Shown here piece by piece: positions 31,668 to 39,745 of a DNA stretch of 64,000 nt (its first letter is position 1; the number at the start of each line of letters is the position of its first letter). Under the pieces are notes generated by a model. The model did not search any database, was not told the origin of the DNA, and was given only the letters and a program-made list of their open reading frames with translations. A program made the position numbers and the translations under genes. The stretch lies in NCBI GenBank assembly GCA_963778345.1, contig CAVZTP010000003.1, forward strand, positions 41,408-105,407, in the 5' to 3' direction. Source of the stretch: an uncultured Acidobacteriaceae bacterium. Its GTDB lineage: Bacteria; Acidobacteriota; Terriglobia; Bryobacterales; Bryobacteraceae.

Positions 31668-33470
31668 CTAATTCCCAGACATGTTCCCAAACATGGGCGA
31701 ATGCACGGTTTCGAGCACCTTGCCTTCGCCAAGATACATATGGACGCCACAGGGCAGACAGGGATCGAAGCTGCGGACTGCGCGCATGATATCGATGCCT
31801 TTGAACTTGTCCGGTCCGTTCTCTTCGAAAATAGGCGTGTTCTGGACCGCGTCTTCATAGGGCCCGGCCGTTCCATAGATATCGCGAGGAGTGGCGTTCC
31901 AAGGCGTCGGCGGATAGGGGTGGTAGTTGGCGATTTTTCCTTCACGGATGACGACATGATGGGAGAGCACGCCTCGAACGGCTTCGTGGAATCCGCAGCC
32001 GATGGCTTCTTCGGGCACTTTGAAGTCGGTCCAGGTTTTCGTTCTACCGGCGTGCAAGTCGGCTAGAGCCTTTTCGATAAAGTGAAGCGCCGCGGCTGCG
32101 GCATAGGCCTGGAAATACGTGCGAGCGCGATCGCGTTCAATTGCGTTGCTCCACTTCGGAATCTTCCATTCGAACTCCATCTCGGGAAGCGAGATGGTCT
32201 TCGGCAGATAAATTTTCACACTGTGGCCGGTAGCTTTCACGTATCCGATATCGACTATCCCGGCCAACGCGGTGGACCAGAAACGCGCGATGGGTCCACC
32301 GCCCGTATCGAGCGCGAGATGATCGCCGGTGCGTTTGTCGTACCAACGCGGGCACATCACCCAGGAATAATTGCCGTTGAAATCGCGTTTCTGCGGGCGG
32401 GGAATGGTGGTCTGATTCCAGGGATGCCGCTGATCTACCGGATTTCCGAGCGGATCTTGTCTAACGAACGTTTCACCCTGCTGCCAGTCGTCGTAATAAG
32501 AGTGGCCGAGAAGAATACGGATATTTAGATTGATGTCGACCAGATCGTTGGTTACCAGCTCACCATCCACAACGACGCCCGGAGTAACATACATGGCGCG
32601 TCCCCACTCGGTCATATTTTTGTAAGTGTAATCGCAGACTTTCGGATTGTTCCAAGAGCCCCAGCATCCGAGTAAGATGCGCCGCTGACCTACTTTCTCA
32701 TAGCCTGGAAGGGCTTCGTACCAGAAGTCGAAGAGGTCGTCATGGAGCGGAACTACTTTCTTCATGAACTCGACGTACTTCATCAGGCGAACCAGATAGT
32801 CGGTGAATAGCTGGTGCGTGGGAACCGTGCCGACGCCGCCAGGGTAGAGAGTGGACGGATGAACGTGGCGGCCTTCCATGAGGCAGAACATTTCACGCGT
32901 CATGCGGCTCATCTGCAAGGCTTCGCGATAGAAGGAGCCGCTAAACGGATTGAGCGAGGTCATGATGTCCGCGATGGTTCGAAAGCCGTGGAGGTTTGCG
33001 TGGGGCGCGGGCGTACTTTGCGCTTTCGTCCAAACTCCTGGGTTGGTTTCCTTCACCATCTGCTCGCAGAAATCGACGCCAACGAGATTGTCCTGAAAAA
33101 TGTTGTGGTCGAACATATATTCGGCCGCTTCGCCGAGATTGACAATCCACTCGGCGATATCGGGCGGCCGAACTCCGAAAGCCATGTTTTGTGCATAAGT
33201 AGCGCAAGTGGCGTGATTATCGCCGCAGATGCCGCAGATACGGCTGGTGATGAAGTGGGCGTCGCGGGGGTCCTTGCCCTTCATGAAAATGCTATAGCCG
33301 CGAAAGATCGACGATGTACTGTGGCATTCGGCCACTTCGCGATTATCGAAATCGATTTTCGTGAAGATGCCGAGACTGCCCACGATCCGGGTGATCGGAT
33401 CCCAATTCATCTCCACCAGGTTGCGCGGTTTTCTTTCGACACCCGGCATCGGTTCGGTGATTGTGCTCAT
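31668..33470 (-). CDS. hhyL: [NiFe]-hydrogenase large subunit, group 1h (Hhy/high-affinity type)
   Basis: 600 aa from the ATG at 33470, which has GGAG 6 nt upstream. L1 motif TSRICGICGDNHATCA and L2 motif SFDPCLPCGVHMY are as in group 1h/5 enzymes. Confidence 0.92.
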   Translation of the reverse strand: MSTITEPMPGVERKPRNLVEMNWDPITRIVGSLGIFTKIDFDNREVAECHSTSSIFRGYSIFMKGKDPRDAHFITSRICGICGDNHATCATYAQNMAFGVRPPDIAEWIVNLGEAAEYMFDHNIFQDNLVGVDFCEQMVKETNPGVWTKAQSTPAPHANLHGFRTIADIMTSLNPFSGSFYREALQMSRMTREMFCLMEGRHVHPSTLYPGGVGTVPTHQLFTDYLVRLMKYVEFMKKVVPLHDDLFDFWYEALPGYEKVGQRRILLGCWGSWNNPKVCDYTYKNMTEWGRAMYVTPGVVVDGELVTNDLVDINLNIRILLGHSYYDDWQQGETFVRQDPLGNPVDQRHPWNQTTIPRPQKRDFNGNYSWVMCPRWYDKRTGDHLALDTGGGPIARFWSTALAGIVDIGYVKATGHSVKIYLPKTISLPEMEFEWKIPKWSNAIERDRARTYFQAYAAAAALHFIEKALADLHAGRTKTWTDFKVPEEAIGCGFHEAVRGVLSHHVVIREGKIANYHPYPPTPWNATPRDIYGTAGPYEDAVQNTPIFEENGPDKFKGIDIMRAVRSFDPCLPCGVHMYLGEGKVLETVHSPMFGNMSGN

Positions 33471-33492
33471 CGTTTGCTCCTCTAATTCACGA

Positions 33493-34554
33493 CTAAAAAG
33501 CTCTTGGTTGATAACCGGTGGTAAGCCGTTTGCCAGCATGGCGCCACTTCGGTTCCTTGTTTACGGTGTCGTTCGTGATCGAGCGAAGAGCACGGATGGC
33601 CCGGCCGTAGACTCCTATAATGTTGCTCGATAATGTCGCGCCCGGCGGCTCGTCCATGAAGGGCATGAACTTGTCCGGGAAGCCGGGCATGGTGCAGCCG
33701 ATGCAGATGCCGCCTACATTGGGGCACCCTCCAATACCATCCATCCAGCCGCGTTTAGGGACGTTGCAATTTACGACCGGACCCCAGCAGCCGACTTTGA
33801 CGAGGCATTTCGGGGAACCATATTCTTCCGTAAAATCGCCTTGTTCGTAATAACCAGCGCGATCGCAGCCTTCATGGACGGTGGCGCCGAAGAGCCATTT
33901 CGGCCGGTTCTGATCGTCTAGCGGAATCATGGGAGCCAACCCGGCAACTTGGTAGAGCAGATACAGGAGAGTCTCCATGAAATTGTCAGGCTGCACCGGG
34001 CATCCGGGGACGTTCACAATCGGCAGGCCTGCTTTTGATTTCCAATCCCGGCCTAAGTAATCCTGCAAGCCCATGCAGCCGGTAGGATTACCGGCCATGG
34101 CGTGAATGCCGCCATTGGTCGCACAGGTACCTGCTCCGACGACAGCCAACGCTTTCGGCGCGAGGCGATCAATCCATTCACAGGTAGTGATCGGCTGACC
34201 GGTGCCGGGATCGGTGCCTAACGCTGCCCAGTATCCTTCGCGCTTAATGCGCTCGTTGGGGATGGAGCCTTCGACCACCAACACGAATGGGTCAAGCTTG
34301 CCCTCCCATGCCTGGTACCAATACTTCATGAAATCGTCGCCGACTTCGTAGGCGAGAACGGGATTGTGGAGATGGACTTTCGGCAGACCGGGAATCGCGC
34401 CGAGCACGACGTCCTCGACACTCGGTAAAGTGGCTGCCGTGACCGAGACGGAGTCCCCATCACAGCCCAACCCGGAGGTCATCCAAACGATGTGGATATC
34501 GGGAATGGGAGATGGCTTTTGAGTCTTTTGACCGTATGGGGCAGGATCCGGCAT
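33493..34554 (-). CDS. hhyS: [NiFe]-hydrogenase small subunit, group 1h, no Tat signal
   Basis: 353 aa from the ATG at 34554. It has GLGCDGDS, GTCATNGGI and CPNVGGICIGCTMPGFPD FeS motifs. The N-terminus MPDPAPYGQKTQ lacks an RRxF twin-arginine motif. Confidence 0.88.
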   Translation of the reverse strand: MPDPAPYGQKTQKPSPIPDIHIVWMTSGLGCDGDSVSVTAATLPSVEDVVLGAIPGLPKVHLHNPVLAYEVGDDFMKYWYQAWEGKLDPFVLVVEGSIPNERIKREGYWAALGTDPGTGQPITTCEWIDRLAPKALAVVGAGTCATNGGIHAMAGNPTGCMGLQDYLGRDWKSKAGLPIVNVPGCPVQPDNFMETLLYLLYQVAGLAPMIPLDDQNRPKWLFGATVHEGCDRAGYYEQGDFTEEYGSPKCLVKVGCWGPVVNCNVPKRGWMDGIGGCPNVGGICIGCTMPGFPDKFMPFMDEPPGATLSSNIIGVYGRAIRALRSITNDTVNKEPKWRHAGKRLTTGYQPRAF

Positions 34555-34675
34555 GCTACAGCGCTCCTCGATGGAAATGAACCGGCAGCTTGCGGACTGC
34601 CGCAATTTATAGACCTGTCACGGTAGATCGCGTTACGGCTTGGAAAAAAATTAACCGGACTTCGTCAGAAACGCC

Positions 34676-34713
34676 CCACGGTCGCGGTCCAGAAAGTCGA
34701 TCGACTAGAAGAA
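34676..34713 (+). repeat. REP-like element (CCACGGTCGCGGTCCAGAAAGTCGATCGAC...)
   Basis: 31 of 38 positions are identical to 35525-35562, in the same orientation. It shares the CACGGTCGCGGT core with 7212-7259. Confidence 0.7.
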
Positions 34714-34747
34714 CTGCCTTCGGCCCCGATTTTCGAACTTAAGGCAA

Positions 34748-35479
34748 TTGCCGATGCTCTCATCGCCATTCACACCGTACCGGACGAATTGCGCTTTTTT
34801 GGGCAAGAAGCTAAACGGCAATTACCAGGACGAAATGGGCAATCGCTACAATGTGCGCCTGGAAGGCACGCGCGTCAGGCACTCGATGGGAATGGCTTCC
34901 ATCAAAATGTATGACAAGTTCGGGCAGATTCTGCGTATTGAAACCACCACCAAGGACGTTACCTTTTTCAGGCACTACCGCGAGGTAGAACAACGCAACG
35001 GAGAAGCGGTGATGAAGTTTGCGCCGATGAAGAAAACCATCTACAGTCTGGCTCCGCTACGCGAATTGTTGGCCGCTTCCAACCGACGTTATCTGGAGTT
35101 TCTGTCGGCCATTGATAATCCCAGCAGCGGCTTCGGCAAGCTGAATAAGATCAGCCGCACGGTGCACGACGAGGCGCGTTCCTATCGCGGCTTCAACTTC
35201 TTCGATCAGGAGGACGAAACACTTTTCCTCGCATTAGCCCGCGGCGAGTTCACCATCAGCGGCCTCCAGAACAAAACTCTGCGCCGCTGGCTACCGCAGT
35301 ACAACAGTGGACAGCTCTCCAGAATCCTCCGCAGACTCCGCACTCACGGCCTTATCAAGAAGGCAGCTCACTGCTACAAGTACTACTTAACCGCGCTCGG
35401 AAAACACGTCATCGCACTCGGTCTCAAGCTCAAGCAACTCGTGATCATCCCTGAACTCGCCACTTCGCCCGCGCACTGA
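34748..35479 (+). pseudogene. N-terminally truncated hypothetical gene with a C-terminal winged-helix-like segment
   Basis: The 243-aa ORF begins abruptly after the REP-like element. The C-terminus is LSRILRRLRTHGLIKKAAHCYKYYLTALGKHVI. I recall homologs being longer. The family is unnamed. Confidence 0.4.
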
Positions 35480-35508
35480 TTCCATTTCCTGCCATTTTCG
35501 GCAAGAAT

Positions 35509-35760
35509 CTAACGATGTAGGTACTCACGGTCGCGGTTCAAAAACTCGCTCGACCATAAGAATGACCGCGGTCCTGGTTTTCGTACTGAGGTAATTACCG
35601 GTGCTATTTGCTGGGTTTCGTGGCCTGCGCGAATCAGCCGCAGCACCTCTAGCCCGTGGTCCGACAACTCCTCCATGAAGGAGTGGTTTTTAGATGCTCC
35701 CCCGACAAACTGATGAATCATCTTCAGACTGCCTCCGATCATGCGAGCGCGATAATTCAA
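35509..35760 (-). pseudogene. fragment of a LuxR/NarL-type HTH regulator
   Basis: LSDHGLEVLRLIRAGHETQQIA resembles the LuxR-type HTH start (LSxRExEVLxLIAxGxSNKEIA). The reading then runs into the REP-like element. Confidence 0.35.
35525..35562 (+). repeat. REP-like element, partner of 34676-34713
   Basis: TCACGGTCGCGGTTCAAAAACTCGCTCGACCATAAGAA. See the alignment noted under 34676-34713. Confidence 0.7.
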
Positions 35761-35921
35761 CTGTGCTCTGCTTGAGAGGCGAAGCGATTTTCTTGAGCTG
35801 CGATGAGCGTGCTGAGCTAAGGCCGGATTTGCTGCTCAGCTTGGCGCCTGGCATGCCTCACAGCGTGGCCGCCCAGCAAGATACGCTTCTGCTTGTAACC
35901 ATATCCGAGCAGATCGTATGA
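35694..35921 (+). pseudogene. C-terminal fragment of a cupin-fold protein
   Basis: VLCLRGEAIFLSCDERAELRPDLLLSLAPGMPHSVAAQQDTLLLVT resembles the second half of a cupin barrel. The N-terminal metal-binding half is absent. The stop overlaps the next ATG (ATGA). Confidence 0.35.
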
Positions 35922-37585
35922 TTCCCTTCGATGATGCGCATCGGGCCGTCCACTATCCAAAAGACCGGCGGTTCCGAATTTGGATTCGCCCCTCGATCCT
36001 AATTCTCCTGATAGTGCTCGCTCTAGTTCCATTGGTGCTGGCCTGGGTACAGCACGCGTTCTTCGGTCTGCCGTACATCGCGCCTTCCCCGGCATCTCTT
36101 GAAGGCGCAGCGACCGGCCCGCATGGGTTTCCGGTCTGGATCCGTTGGAGTCACTTCTTCAATCTGATTTTTTTGTTCATGCTGATCCGCAGCGGCCTGT
36201 CGATTCTGATGGACCACCCGCGCCTATATCTGAATGACCATTGCACTCCCGGCACGGAATGGATTCGCTTCACGCCATTGACGGTACCCAAGGACCGCCT
36301 CTGGACAGCAAAGGACGACGCGCGCTACATCTCGCCCGCGGTTGCGCTGCCAGGCTACCGTCACACCGTGGGGATCGCGCGCTCCTGGCATTTCATCAAC
36401 GTCTATGGGTTCGTGCTCACTGGTGTTTTTTTCGTCTGCGGGTTGCTTACCAGCGATCAGTGGCAGCGCCTGGTACCCACCTCTCCCGCCGTTTTCATCG
36501 ACGCCTGGAACACTTTTGTCCATTACGCAAATCTTCACTTGCCGCCCGAACCGAATGGCTTCTATGGTTACAACGCGCTGCAGCAATTGGCCTATTTCGC
36601 CACCATCTTCGTTATGGCCCCGCTCTCCATTCTTACCGGGATGGCGATGTCTCCCGCGCTGGTGAATCGTTTCCCTCGGTATGCCAAACTTTTCGGCGGA
36701 CGGCAGGCAGCCCGGTCCATCCACTTCTTAATGCTCGTGGGATTCCTGGCATTTGTGGTCGTGCACGTCACGCTCGTGGCGCTGACTGGCTTTGCCCGCA
36801 ATATGAACCACATTGTGCTGGGCACCGACGATCAGCGCCCAACCGGGATGATTCTCGGCTTTATTGGCATTGGGGTCGTGCTGCTTTGCTGGATAGCGGC
36901 GCACTATATTTCCTGGTATTTTCCTCGCGGTTTGCAGCACGCGCAGAAGGCGATCACAGAACCGGTCAAGCTCCTAACGCTCGATCGTCTGATTCCACGC
37001 CAGCATTACACGAAAGCGCAGATCTCGCCCTACTTCTGGCCCAATGGCAAAATGCCAGTGCGGGAAGACTGGAAGCAACTCGCGACGGATGGGTTCAAGA
37101 GCTACAAGCTGAAAGTATCCGGGATGGTCGACAACCCAGTCGAGCTTTCGATCGGCGAGATGCGCGCTCTGGGAGCCGAAGAGTCGATAACCATGCACCA
37201 TTGCATCCAAGGCTGGTCGGGGATTGCGCAATGGCGCGGAATCTCGATGCGCAAACTGATCGAACTCGTACAGCCCAAGCCGTACGCCAAAGTGATCGCG
37301 TTCTACTCTTTCGGAGGCTCGTTGTACGGCGGTCTTTACTACGATACGCAACAAATCTACGATGCGATAAAACCCGGGTGCATGCTGGCCTTTGAGATGA
37401 ACGGTGAGCCGCTACCCGCCGTGTATGGAGCGCCCCTCCGTCTACGCGTCGAAAACCAGCTCGGCTACAAAATGGTCAAGTGGATTGAGCGGATTGAATT
37501 TGTTGAGTCCGAGAAGCTGCTCGGAGAGGGCGAGGGCGGCAAGAACGAAGACGACGAGTATTTCGATCTGCTACCGAACATTTAA
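35918..37585 (+). CDS. cytochrome b-like membrane domain fused to a molybdopterin (sulfite-oxidase fold, MsrP/YedY-like) oxidoreductase domain
   Basis: 555 aa. The N-terminal ~340 aa have multiple hydrophobic helices with conserved His (WSHFFNLIFLF, SIHFLMLVGFLAFVVVHV). The C-terminal part has ITMHHCIQGWSGIAQWRG and GAPLRLRVENQLGYKMVKWI. Confidence 0.75.
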   Translation: MIPFDDAHRAVHYPKDRRFRIWIRPSILILLIVLALVPLVLAWVQHAFFGLPYIAPSPASLEGAATGPHGFPVWIRWSHFFNLIFLFMLIRSGLSILMDHPRLYLNDHCTPGTEWIRFTPLTVPKDRLWTAKDDARYISPAVALPGYRHTVGIARSWHFINVYGFVLTGVFFVCGLLTSDQWQRLVPTSPAVFIDAWNTFVHYANLHLPPEPNGFYGYNALQQLAYFATIFVMAPLSILTGMAMSPALVNRFPRYAKLFGGRQAARSIHFLMLVGFLAFVVVHVTLVALTGFARNMNHIVLGTDDQRPTGMILGFIGIGVVLLCWIAAHYISWYFPRGLQHAQKAITEPVKLLTLDRLIPRQHYTKAQISPYFWPNGKMPVREDWKQLATDGFKSYKLKVSGMVDNPVELSIGEMRALGAEESITMHHCIQGWSGIAQWRGISMRKLIELVQPKPYAKVIAFYSFGGSLYGGLYYDTQQIYDAIKPGCMLAFEMNGEPLPAVYGAPLRLRVENQLGYKMVKWIERIEFVESEKLLGEGEGGKNEDDEYFDLLPNI

Positions 37586-38212
37586 ATGACCAGGGGCAAA
37601 CCCCAAACTTCTCCAAGCCATGCGGCCCACAGAGCGGAGCATGTTTTCCGGCTCATGGAGCGGCTGAGGTTGAGCTGGCTGCTAGCCCACTTGCCGCCCA
37701 CCGCCGTCTGGGCGAGTTATGTATTCGTGAACAGCTTCGCCACCATTGGCCTGCTGGCTCTGCTGGCATTCCTGACGCACAATCCGTTTGTTTTCCCCTC
37801 GCTCGGTCCCACAGCGTACCTGTTCTTTTTTACTCCGCTTGCGGAAACAGCGAGCCCACGCAACGCAGTTCTGGGTCACGCCATAGCGCTCTGCTGCGGC
37901 TTTGCGGCGTTTTCTGTTACCGGCATGAGCCATCTTCCACCGGGCCTACCCGTCGAGATCTACTGGCCGCGGGTTTTGTCCGCCGCGATTTCGCTCTCGC
38001 TCACGGGGGCCATCATGGTGCTTCTGCGCGTCAGCCATCCGCCTGCCGGTGCGACCACTATGATTGTTTCGCTCGGGATCATCTCCAAACCCGAATATCT
38101 GGTGACGATTGAGGTAGCTGTAATCCTGCTCACGGCCCAGGCATTGGTAATAAACCGGCTCGCGGGGCTCCCGTATCCGATCTGGCAAACAGCGAAAGCG
38201 CAATCTAAGTGA
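37586..38212 (+). CDS. HPP-family membrane protein
   Basis: It has the HPPAGAT motif and four or more TM segments. The ATG immediately follows the upstream stop. Confidence 0.85.
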   Translation: MTRGKPQTSPSHAAHRAEHVFRLMERLRLSWLLAHLPPTAVWASYVFVNSFATIGLLALLAFLTHNPFVFPSLGPTAYLFFFTPLAETASPRNAVLGHAIALCCGFAAFSVTGMSHLPPGLPVEIYWPRVLSAAISLSLTGAIMVLLRVSHPPAGATTMIVSLGIISKPEYLVTIEVAVILLTAQALVINRLAGLPYPIWQTAKAQSK

Positions 38213-38283
38213 ATGAGCCTTGATCCAAACCGAATCGCTGCAGCCCCGGGAAGTGGGAATCCGCGCTTGAACCCGAAGAATCA

Positions 38284-39612
38284 TCACTCGGCTCGATAGG
38301 CGATTAATTCCGAGCTTGTGGACGCCGCAGAAACGTAGGAGGTTTTGATGACCAGCTCCAGGTGCTGAATGTTTGCGCTTCTGTCGATTCCAATCCTTCT
38401 TAGCGAATCCGAGAGGCGATTCAGGTCCGTTACGAAATCGCCCGCCGCCTCCGTTCCTTCCGTGCTCGTCCCGGCAATGATCAGGGCCGGGGCCCTCCCC
38501 GATACGTTCGGTTCAAGCGCGATGAGCGCGTAACCCTCCGAAAACCCGCTGTGACTCCGGGTCGGCACGTAGACCGGCAATTCACCGGCTCGCGGATGGC
38601 GGTTGATACACACGTCCATCCCCGAATCGAATCGATGAACAACCTGAAAATTCAGCTTGTCGTATAACAATTGCACCCAAGGATTGGACATCGGGCTTCC
38701 GAATAACACCAGCGGCTGATCGCCCTTCAGTTCGGAAATCTCGAAGCGGTTACAATACCTGACGCGAGCCTCGGTCCCCCCTTGGGCTGCCAGCCCGGCG
38801 ATCCGAGCAGCCAGGATGGCATCGGAAACTGATGTAAGTGGAATCTCGTTTAGAAAGGCGCCGAAAGGACCTGAAAGATTTCCACCATAAGCGAAGTTAT
38901 GCGTCGCGTACGTTTCAATTGGTACATCGCGCCCCGATCTAACCTTATTTACTACCAGATTCGCGTCCGCCACCACCAGGTTGATTTGCCGGCCCGTTTT
39001 TAACAGTGCCGACCATGGCAACAACGCTCTCGTGGTCAGCGGTGGAGTAGCGGTTTGGCGATGATGAATGCCGAGGGCCGCCGCTGCTGCAATCCCGCCT
39101 GCCGCAAGAAGAAACAGAAGAGCGTACCTCCTCGGCAAGTTACTCGAATTCACGGCATACGGTGCGCCCTTTCCCTGAACAACAGTCTCAGGGGCCTTCT
39201 CTGAGACGGCCGCTCTCTCGTTCTCGGGGGAAATCGCTATCTGCGGAATGTAAACACCCGAAGGCAAGCTAATCTTAACGCCGCTGTCAGGTCTCTCCCG
39301 GTAATACTCCCGAAGGCGTTTACGAACGTCGTTCGCCGCTACGCGTACCACCGAATCACGATCAGTATCGAACGAGCTGTCTCGTCCAAATAGTTCGATC
39401 CCAAGTATTCGCTCCTTCAGTTCATCGAAATGAGCTCCAAGCGCCTTATCGACGACATATTGGAGAAACGTGCAGCTGCGATGACTGGTGCGAAACTGGT
39501 CACTTTCCAGAATGAGCTTCAGTTCTGCTCGCACGCGTTCCACGTTACTGGAACGTGAAAGCTCGTGGATATCACTGCAGAGTTTGGCAACTTGGTCAAC
39601 GCGCGACAGCAA
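38284..39612 (-). CDS. membrane-anchored hypothetical protein
   Basis: 442-aa ORF. The N-terminal segment FRTSHRSCTFLQYVVDKALG...LKERILGIELFGR... is common in acidobacterial signalling proteins. It has one TM helix (YALLFLLAAGGIAAAAALGI). Function unknown. Confidence 0.5.
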   Translation of the reverse strand: MLSRVDQVAKLCSDIHELSRSSNVERVRAELKLILESDQFRTSHRSCTFLQYVVDKALGAHFDELKERILGIELFGRDSSFDTDRDSVVRVAANDVRKRLREYYRERPDSGVKISLPSGVYIPQIAISPENERAAVSEKAPETVVQGKGAPYAVNSSNLPRRYALLFLLAAGGIAAAAALGIHHRQTATPPLTTRALLPWSALLKTGRQINLVVADANLVVNKVRSGRDVPIETYATHNFAYGGNLSGPFGAFLNEIPLTSVSDAILAARIAGLAAQGGTEARVRYCNRFEISELKGDQPLVLFGSPMSNPWVQLLYDKLNFQVVHRFDSGMDVCINRHPRAGELPVYVPTRSHSGFSEGYALIALEPNVSGRAPALIIAGTSTEGTEAAGDFVTDLNRLSDSLRRIGIDRSANIQHLELVIKTSYVSAASTSSELIAYRAE

Positions 39613-39745
39613 AGACCAAACCTCCCGTTCAGGATATCATCCGGCCATATGGACGTTACGAAACGGCCGTAACGCTTCGCATCGCAAAAGTCCGCTGCAT
39701 ACTGGATCATTACGCGTCCCGGGGACAATCCAGGAGGCTTCAGAG

